A stretch of DNA of 64,000 nucleotides from Desulfatiglandales bacterium. GTDB taxonomy: Bacteria > Desulfobacterota > DSM-4660 > Desulfatiglandales > HGW-15. Positions 56,158-64,000 of the stretch are shown one piece after another. The notes under the pieces are model-generated. The model was not told the DNA's origin. It made no database searches and was given only the letters and a program-made list of their open reading frames with translations. A program made the translations under genes and the position numbers. Positions within the stretch are counted from its first letter, which is position 1. The number at the start of each line of letters is the position of its first letter. The stretch covers positions 1,920,001-1,984,000 of the forward strand of contig CAXXJJ010000004.1 in NCBI GenBank assembly GCA_963667015.2, given 5' to 3'.

Positions 56158-57498
56158 ATGACAACACCCCCTACCTACGAGGAACTGTTAGCAAAGGTCA
56201 GTGAACTGGAAACAGAAATAGCCAGATCCAGGCTTATTGAAGAGGCTTTAAAGAAGAGTGAGGAATTCAGCTCCAGTCTGCTGGAAAACTCTCCTGATGC
56301 AATAATTGTCTACAATCCTGATACCTCGGTAAAATATGTAAATCCATCATTCGAAGAGATTTCAGGCTATTCTTCCGAAGAGGCGCTCGGCACAAAAGTC
56401 CCGTATCCCTGGTGGATCGATGACCCGATGTACGGAACCATTAAGCACAGGGAAAAACAGGGGCTGGATGGAATTTACAGGTCAGAAAGGAGATACAGAA
56501 AAAAGAACGGTGATACGTTCTATGTTGAGATCAATGTCACGCCTATTTTTCACGAGGGCAAATTAAGCTATTCCTTTTCAACATGGACCGATATTAAGGA
56601 ACGCAAGAAATCTGAACATGAATTGAAAAAAAGTTCACTCATTATTGATTCAACCTCGGATGCTATAATAACAACTGATATAAAGGGTAACATTATTTTA
56701 TGGAACAGTGGCGCTGAACATATTTATGGATACAGTAAAGAAGAGGTAGAGGGAAAACCGATCAGCATCCTTTACAAGGGTAATAATTTAAATATCCTTA
56801 GAAATATTATTTCGGAATTATTTAAGGGCAATGATATTTCCAGCATGGAGCTTACAAGCAGAGGCAAAAAGGGGAACGATATTCATATTCTTTTATCTCT
56901 GACAACAATCAAAGACGAGTATGGCAACATTATTGAGCTTGTGGGCCTGACAAAAGACATCACAAAACGTAAAAAAATGGAAAATGCCCTGAAAAAAAAC
57001 CGGGATAAGCTGGAAGAACGTGTCAGGGAGCGCACCACGGAATTAAATCAATCCAATAAAGAGCTATATGAAAAAACGCTAGGTCTTGAAGAGGTTAATA
57101 CAGCGCTGACCGTCCTGCTCGAAAGGAGAGGAAGGGACAGGGAAGAGAATGAAGAAAAAATAGTGATGAATGTAAAAGAATTTTTACTCCCCTATGTTAT
57201 AAAATTGAAAAAAGGACCTTTGACTGAAAATCAAAAAAATTATGTAGAGCTCCTGGAGGCGGGGCTGCATAATATTATTTCGCCCTTTGCTCATAAACTT
57301 ACCTCCAGACACATGCATATTACACCGGCAGAAATGCAGGTAGTAAACCTTGTTAAAGAGGGTAAAACATCCAAGGAGATAGCAGAAATTCTAAACTCCA
57401 CAGAAAGGGCGGTAATAGCTCACAGGTTAAATTTCAGAAAAAAACTTAAACTTGATCGCAAAACTAATCTCAGGACCTATTTATTATCTTTTAAATGA
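56158..57498 (+). CDS. PAS-PAS-LuxR HTH transcriptional regulator
   Basis: Two PAS/PAC repeats; ITPAEMQVVNLVKEGKTSKEIA. Confidence 0.88.
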   Translation: MTTPPTYEELLAKVSELETEIARSRLIEEALKKSEEFSSSLLENSPDAIIVYNPDTSVKYVNPSFEEISGYSSEEALGTKVPYPWWIDDPMYGTIKHREKQGLDGIYRSERRYRKKNGDTFYVEINVTPIFHEGKLSYSFSTWTDIKERKKSEHELKKSSLIIDSTSDAIITTDIKGNIILWNSGAEHIYGYSKEEVEGKPISILYKGNNLNILRNIISELFKGNDISSMELTSRGKKGNDIHILLSLTTIKDEYGNIIELVGLTKDITKRKKMENALKKNRDKLEERVRERTTELNQSNKELYEKTLGLEEVNTALTVLLERRGRDREENEEKIVMNVKEFLLPYVIKLKKGPLTENQKNYVELLEAGLHNIISPFAHKLTSRHMHITPAEMQVVNLVKEGKTSKEIAEILNSTERAVIAHRLNFRKKLKLDRKTNLRTYLLSFK

Positions 57499-57557
57499 AA
57501 TACCCCGCCATAAGAGACGAGGTATTAGACCTTGGGCTTCGCAATCAGACTATCCTA

Positions 57558-59231
57558 TTAATACCTTTCATACTCAGGAACAACATTCTTATATTTATCA
57601 ACAAGGGCATCCCAGTTTTCCGGCAGCTCTATTTTTTGTATTTCCTTTTTCCCGGGGGTTGCACCGCCTCCCACAAGATGGGCAATCCATGCACCTGGTC
57701 CCCCGGCCACGATTATCCTGATAAAGCGGGGATCATCAATAAGGGGTGCCATACCCTCATCATTGACAGGTATATCCTTTATTCCCTGTGCCCCGAGTGG
57801 TCCCATCTTCATTAATTCTGCCATTTTTGCAACAGGAACAACCCTGTTTTCGACTATATATTTTCTTATCCTGTCTTTATCATACCCCTCACGCATGAGG
57901 TTCTTTGCATGGGTTGGGGTAATGATAATATTATAGCGCATCCCCCGCGGCATATAATCCACTATGGCACGCAGTATTCCATCAGCATCCGAGGTGTAGG
58001 GAATGTGCTGGCAGTAACTGTTTGGAAAGGAAAGGGTAATTGTACTGTCTTCCCTTTTAAAGCCGAGTTCAACATGTAATGGCTCCCATGGAGTCTCTTT
58101 ATCGTTTTCAGAAATGACAAGAGAGTATTTCATGGGATTTCCCATGGTTCCCATATCTTCCACGCCTTTTCGGACTCCTCCCAGGTTTTTTATGATCAGC
58201 CCCATTGCCCTGCCGATGACCGCATTGGCAATGTTTCCGGGACTGAGAGCACCTGAACCGTTGTTGATATTTATCTGCTCAGCAATGGGGCCGTTAATTA
58301 CCCAGAATGGGGCCCATGATCCTGTGCTGAATCCAAAGGTTGTATACCCGCTGAAACCCTGTTCCGATTCCAGCAGGTTAATGGCAGCGGCAATCAGAAC
58401 CGGCATATAGGTAGGCAGACAGCCTGCCATGACTGCATTTATAGCGATTTTTTCGATTGTGACCTTGCCGTAGCGGGACTGAAGTTTACCTAAAAAATGG
58501 TCCGGCGGAAGATCGGTGCCGGTAAGCATTTCAGCCACTGCTTCTTCTGTGGGAGGGATAATGGGCATACCGTCTGTCCATCCGCTCCCGTAAAAATACC
58601 TGTTTACCTCTTCGATACTTCCTTTAAAAATAATCCCTTCCTGTGCTGATAATTCCCTCTGTGCCGGAGATCTTTCTTCATCGCTCAATGGACTAACAAG
58701 GGCATCAATTATTTTATCGATTACCTCGTCAATACCTGCCTCTATATCAAATATAATACTTGATTCACAGGGGACACTGGTGGGGATATATCGCAAACCG
58801 GGCATTCCCTTGGCCCTTGATGCCGATTCCGCGTCATTCACAAAACCGCAGTTTATAAGTGAAACGGTGGGGATATTTCTTTCCTCAATAGTAATCCCTT
58901 CATACAGAAGGTATTTTGTACAGGAGCCTCAATCCCCGTATGCAGAAATGACCGTATCGACCTCATCCAGCCATTTTTCGAAATCTTCCTTATTATCAGT
59001 AGCGATTGCCAGCTCATTTGCCCTGATGTTATAAAACCATGAAAAACCGGCATCCGGGTATTTCTTTTTTAGCCTGTCTTGAACCACCTTAAGAGTTGGC
59101 TCGGCTGTGCGCTTTGAATTTACCAGAAGCCCGATCTTTTTGCCTGAAAGATCAGATATCCTCTCACTGATGCCCCGCCATGGTATCGTATCAGCCTCCG
59201 CCCACGGACTTAAAACCTCAAATGAGCTCAT
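57558..59231 (-). CDS. UGSC-family selenoprotein (557 aa, Sec at UGA 58929-58931) fused to a conserved C-terminal domain
   Basis: ORFs 58929-59231 and 57558-58841 are in one frame: ...AYGD-TGA-GSCTK...; no other stop between them; C-terminal GWTDGMPIIPPT, AINAVMAGC, ANAVIGRA. Confidence 0.85.
58895..58928 (-). promoter_or_regulatory. Putative bacterial SECIS element
   Basis: 17 nt after the UGA: CCUUC-UGUAU-GAAGG hairpin with GU in the apical loop. Confidence 0.5.
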
Positions 59232-59413
59232 TTGTTCCTCCCTTGATCATTCATGAATAGAATTTTTCACAATCAAATCATATATCAAAGATATAAATTA
59301 TAGCATATCATTTTTTATATTTCAGCCTTCTTTAATTCATATGAACGGGATCAAAAACAGGTGGAAATCAGAAGGTGGATACAAAGAGGTGATTGTGCTC
59401 GCAATAATACGAA

Positions 59414-60871
59414 TCAGAATGTTGAGACTCCGCTAAATTCAAGGAATCTGGAAAAAAACATTTTAAAAGCGGAATCATCCTCATAGCGTGAATAATCCGA
59501 TGTATAACCCTGTCCATTCCAGATCCGATTAAAATATTCACCTACCTCAATAATGGTTCTGTTATCCTCCGGAGCTGAATAACACACATCCAGCTCAAGG
59601 TTATAGTTATCAAGATTTCTCCTGGTAAGGTTTGCAGAACCAAGAATCGCTACAGCTGGATATCCTCTGTTTACAATTAATGTAACCTTGCTGTGATACT
59701 GTTCACCGTGTGTGTCATACCACCTGATCTTAATTTTCCCATCTGATTTTTCTATCAGTTCACGGGCCGTCTGGCGGTTCGGGATGCCGTTTTTCTGCCT
59801 GCCGAAGGCATCCTTATTAGGATCAAGTATAATCCTTACACCTACACCTCTATCTGCTGCCCTGATAAGGGATTTAACAATATTTCGGTCAGATAGGTAA
59901 AACATGCCCATATCAATCCTGTCGCCCTGAAGTGACCTCTCTATATTTTCGAGAAGAGCCTTTTCGATCCTGTTTTCAGTCAAAAGGACAACACTGCATT
60001 TTTTATCACCCTCTTTCTTCGGATCTTCCTGGCTGTTGAGATCAAAACCAGAAAGTGAGGTTCCTGAAAATTCAGCAACAGCCTTTTCAGCCTTTATTAA
60101 CTCATTTCCAAAATCACCTGTTATTTCAAAGGCTACATTTGAATGTGCAGAACTTCCATCATGCGGATTGGCAGATGTTACAATGCTTTTAAAGGTACTG
60201 CCATGGTCGCAGACAAACAGCTTTCTATGATTTGCCTTAAAATTTAAAAGTTCAAGATAGGAGCGTAAAGACACCCCCTCTTCCTTTCCTGAAAAGGGAT
60301 TGGGGAGAAACCCGCCTCTGGAATTGCCGAACCACTGGAAAAAGAGTCTCCATACCGGAGAATAAAGCAGATTACTGTCCCTCAGTTTATGAAGATCGGT
60401 AAGGATCACGTTGACACCAGCTGCCTTGAGAAAATCAATTTCCTTTGACCTGGAGCCCCCATAGACCGTATTTATGGGATCGGTAATAAAATCTATTTTT
60501 ATATCAGGATGCTCTTTCTTTTTATTTACAAGGTGCTGGACAAGCTGATATGCGACATTTCGATGAACTGTATCTTCACTGCCGGTATACGAGTTAAAGA
60601 GAAACATATCCAGGAGAATATACTTTTCAGCTCTGTCGATAAGTGAAAATATCCGGTTGAATATTTTCTGATCAGTAAATTTGTTCCGGGAGGCGTCTTC
60701 ATAAGTGAGGTCGTATATAAACTCGATATTGTCAGGGCGGATGATATATTCGCTGCTGCGATATTCTGTACCTTCGGGATTTTTCCTGAAAAAATTATAG
60801 GAAACCGCAACAAGATAGAGAACCAGCAGCAGAAGAATTATTTTTTTTATTTTACTAATGGCTTTCAACAT
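59414..60871 (-). CDS. Phospholipase D family protein with N-terminal anchor
   Basis: NHRKLFVCD..SANPHDGS and YHSKVTL..GSANLT. Confidence 0.88.
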   Translation of the reverse strand: MLKAISKIKKIILLLLVLYLVAVSYNFFRKNPEGTEYRSSEYIIRPDNIEFIYDLTYEDASRNKFTDQKIFNRIFSLIDRAEKYILLDMFLFNSYTGSEDTVHRNVAYQLVQHLVNKKKEHPDIKIDFITDPINTVYGGSRSKEIDFLKAAGVNVILTDLHKLRDSNLLYSPVWRLFFQWFGNSRGGFLPNPFSGKEEGVSLRSYLELLNFKANHRKLFVCDHGSTFKSIVTSANPHDGSSAHSNVAFEITGDFGNELIKAEKAVAEFSGTSLSGFDLNSQEDPKKEGDKKCSVVLLTENRIEKALLENIERSLQGDRIDMGMFYLSDRNIVKSLIRAADRGVGVRIILDPNKDAFGRQKNGIPNRQTARELIEKSDGKIKIRWYDTHGEQYHSKVTLIVNRGYPAVAILGSANLTRRNLDNYNLELDVCYSAPEDNRTIIEVGEYFNRIWNGQGYTSDYSRYEDDSAFKMFFSRFLEFSGVSTF

Positions 60872-63145
60872 CTACATATGATTTAGGTAAATTCTCATCA
60901 ATCTTAAACGACTCATTCAATATTTCCATGAGCTTGATGTTCTGTTTTACCAGCATAAGGCAGGTACCGATAATGGCGTAAAACAGGATGCTTAAACGCG
61001 TTTTCGATGTGTCATCCTGTATTCTTTTTATCTGTTCAAAATTCATCTGATCAGCAATGATTTTCATATGGTCATATTGTTCGACTATTTTCTTATAATC
61101 CTTTATCTCCTTATTCTTAAATGCAGTTTCAACCTTAAGCAGGATATCAAGCATTATGGTCTTAATTTCCCTTATCTCATTTATCTGAACATCCAGCAAT
61201 CCTTTATGCTTGTTTGCTATATGTATATATGAACGTAATACAATATCCCTGAATCCATCAGAAAGCTTCTGCAGCCGCCTGATTGTCTGTGCATATTTAT
61301 AAGACAGATTATGGTCTTCCTTCTGCTGAAGTCTCAGGACCTTGAAGACAATTTGCCATTATAATATTAACCCACATCTGCCGCTTGTTAATCCTTTTCC
61401 TCTGGTTATTTAACACATAAATATTCTCTTCAAAAAGGGCATCAATGGTTACATCAAAGGATTCCCTGAAATCCTTTTATCAATACCGCAAGATGATCAA
61501 ATGTTATTGAAATTGCGACTTTAGGATCTTTGACCTTTCTTAAATTGAGGATTTCGGTCTCTTCGCTTTCCATTGCCCGGGCCCTATGCTTCTTGTGATT
61601 GCTCATGATAATCAGGACTATTACAACTAGAAGCAGTACGATGCCGATCAGTTTCAGGTGCGCAACGCAGGTGGCAAATAAAAAGGCCGTAACAAAGGCT
61701 ATAAAGGCAGTCATAAAACCACCCGCCAATAACCGTTAAAACACCTGTAACCCTGTATACGGCGCTCTCCCTGCCCCATGCCTGGTCTGAGAAGGAGGAT
61801 CCCATGGCGACCATGAATGTAACATATGTAGTTGAAAGGGGTAGTTTCATGGATGTAGCATAGGATATAATGGCGCTTGCAACCATGAGGTTTACAGAAG
61901 CACGAAGCATGTCAAAGGGAGGCTTTTTATCCCGCTCCGGTGCTGACTTTTTAATTGCCGGATTCATTCTGTTATAAATCACGGCCCTCAGCCCCTGGGG
62001 CAACAGCATCCTGAAATAACTGAATATTGAATCCGCCATACTGACTATTTTTCTTGATATCCAGATCGATTCAAAGCGCTCTGTGCCCTCATCCTGCTGG
62101 CCCAGACTTATTTCTGTCTGGGTAACTGTGCGGGCCTTTTTGGAAAACCATAAAGTAAAAACCATCAGGACACCGGCAAGCATCAGGAAAAGGTTCTGTG
62201 TATGGACCTTTGTCCCGAGCGGCCTCCATGGTAATATTCAAAGGGTCGCTGGATGCAGCAGCTATCTGATAGGCCTGCAGGCCTGCCAGAGAGAACACCT
62301 ATAAAATTAACAAGGTCATTTGATGCAAAGGCCAATTGCAAGGGCAAATGTGCCTACCAGGACGATTATCTTTAGTATATTAATTCGAAACAGAAGAATA
62401 AGAATCTCAAAAATAACCGCAGATACAAGAAAGATTGCCCCCAGCATGAGGAATAAATGAGTTTTGATCCATTCGGACATTTCGGGAGTAATAAAGGAAG
62501 CGGCTTTTACCCCTTTTATAAGAATAAAATAGGTAATCAGGGCCATTGCCCACGCCGCCCCACAGTGCCCCCATACCTTTTAAGCCTTTTTTTCATAATC
62601 AAAGGTAAAGATCTGACGGGATAGAAATTGAATAACTGCTCCGGAACAGAATGCCACAACTATTGAAAGAAGAATACCAAAAATAATTACCATTGCCTTT
62701 GATGTATTTATATACTGTGCAACATCATCAGGACCGCTATGGTGGTTCATTATTCTAAATACTGCCATTGCAACGGCGGCACCGAGCAGTTCGAAAACTA
62801 TTGAAACGGTGGTTGATGTAGGCAGACCATAAGTGTTGAAAAGATCCAGCAGAAGTATATCTGTAAACATTACTGCCAGAAAAATGGTAATCAGTTCCGG
62901 CATTGTAAAGAATTGAGGATGGAAGATACCCTTTCTCGCGACTTCCATCATGCCGCCGGAGAATGTGACACCGGCTAAAATACCGAGGCTGGCAATGATC
63001 ATGATAACGAAAAAAGGCGCGACCCTTGAGCCTATAGCTGAGTTTAAAAACATTCACTGCATCATTTGACACACCCACGACAATATCAAAAACGGCAAAA
63101 CAATAAGAGGACGATGACTATTGCATATATTATTTCAATCCCCAT
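60855..63145 (-). pseudogene. Inorganic phosphate transporter (PiT/PHO4 with PhoU-like tail), multiply frameshifted; probably a sequencing artefact
   Basis: GVSNDAVN/FLNSAIGS, GLPTSTTVS, AFASNDLVNFIG, LPLSTTYVTFMVAMG spread over six or more ORF fragments; breaks are single-base insertions. Confidence 0.8.
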
Positions 63146-63223
63146 AGGAGTATACCTCTCTAAGAATTGGGTTTATTAAAATTTTAACAAATTAACCAAA
63201 CAATCAAGTAAAACAACATTTGA

Positions 63224-63252
63224 ATCGTATGCAAACAGATTTTTGCAGTCAA
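63224..63252 (-). promoter_or_regulatory. Sigma70 promoter of the phosphate transporter
   Basis: TTGACT-17 nt-TACGAT on the minus strand. Confidence 0.6.
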
Positions 63253-63266
63253 TAAAAAACAATATC

Positions 63267-63295
63267 CTAACATAAATCTAACAATTAACTAATCA
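63267..63295. promoter_or_regulatory. Pho-box-like 11-bp direct repeats
   Basis: CTAACAT-aaat-CTAACAA-ttaa-CTAATCA just upstream of the -35. Confidence 0.45.
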
Positions 63296-63620
63296 TGGAT
63301 TAATTATGATTTGTTATTCTGTAAAATTTTACAATCATGCGTTTAATAAGAAAGCTCTTCTTCCATTGTTGATCGATAGGTCGGAGTAAAAACGATATGG
63401 CCAAACATAACGGGTTTATCTACCTTCTTAAAATTCGGAAGGGGAGCAATGGAAACATTCCTTGGGATATAAACTCAGGCTTTTGATGAAATAATATGCT
63501 CTTCTTTCTCACTCATTGCATGTTCCACCTCTGAATCAGTATTCCGGTGGATACCCTATGATTTTTTTAAAATTTTTTCATATATCGTTTTCTCAAACAA
63601 TATCTTTTAAGAATATCATT

Positions 63621-63932
63621 TTATTTATAATTGTTTAGAAACTTCATTAAATAAAAAAGATATAATTTCCCCTTGTTATCAAGTCTTTTATATAACTCAA
63701 CAACTTCTTCTTCATTTTCAATAGCTTCTTCTCTAAGTAAATAATCTGTTGTGACGCCAAAAAATTGTGCAACAAGAACAATCAATTCAGGCTGAGGCCT
63801 GTTAAGCCCCTTTTCAATATTATATATCAAGCTTGGACTGCAATTTAAGTGGGATGCTAATTGTCCAGCAGATAGACTTCTTAACTTCCTAAGTTCTCTC
63901 AATCTTTTTCCAAATAACCAGGAAGCATCCAT
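63621..63932 (-). CDS. XRE/Cro-C1 family HTH regulator
   Basis: FGKRLRELRK..LASHL..IYNIEKG..P..AQFFGVTTDYLL; AT-rich. Confidence 0.88.
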   Translation of the reverse strand: MDASWLFGKRLRELRKLRSLSAGQLASHLNCSPSLIYNIEKGLNRPQPELIVLVAQFFGVTTDYLLREEAIENEEEVVELYKRLDNKGKLYLFYLMKFLNNYK

Positions 63933-64000
63933 CTTTCTAATACCCTTTATATAATTTAAGAATGAGTTTTCACGAGTGTTTACTTCAAATTCTCTGCGGA

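Noticed and set aside
63343..63516. 57-codon minus-strand ORF with an in-frame TGA at 63475-63477 (second selenoprotein?)
   Set aside because: No Cys/redox context or clear SECIS, and it lies next to an error-rich stretch; unsupported

Overview
Bacterial chromosomal window. The gene content (tetrahaem cytochrome c3, NfnAB, pan RNA motif, a selenoprotein, sigma54 sites) suggests an anaerobic Desulfobacterota/deltaproteobacterium; this is an inference. Bases 1-7.95 kb form an AT-rich accessory, defence-like islet. It holds a ~1320-aa Rad50/RloC-like ABC-ATPase with zinc hook, a HEPN-like helical domain and two C-terminal LexA/S24-like domains. Next to it is a repeat-bracketed slice of a helicase-nuclease / AlbA-HATPase / Mod-like operon truncated at both ends, plus a MITE. 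The core region carries EF-G2, MogA, cytochrome c3, a GNAT-nitrilase fusion, a corrinoid methyltransferase module joined to a methylmalonyl-CoA mutase/epimerase/carboxyltransferase operon, panBE with a pan RNA leader, and nfnAB. An intact IS50-like IS4 element sits inside a REP palindrome; its transposase is fused to a DUF4338 (DruA/Mom-like) domain. Further on are nfo, a degenerate attC-like site, citrate synthase, a GGDEF protein, an SPFH/zinc-ribbon operon, a hybrid kinase, speD-speE plus a second divergent AdoMetDC-family gene, CoA-disulfide reductase-rhodanese, pgm, a sigma54 activator with crcB, a sodium:solute symporter followed by two unannotated micro-membrane proteins, zupT, a UGSC selenoprotein split by UGA in the ORF track, a PLD, a heavily frameshifted phosphate transporter (probably sequencing error) and an XRE regulator. 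No rRNA, tRNA or CRISPR array was seen. All domain calls come from motif recognition by eye, not from database searches.
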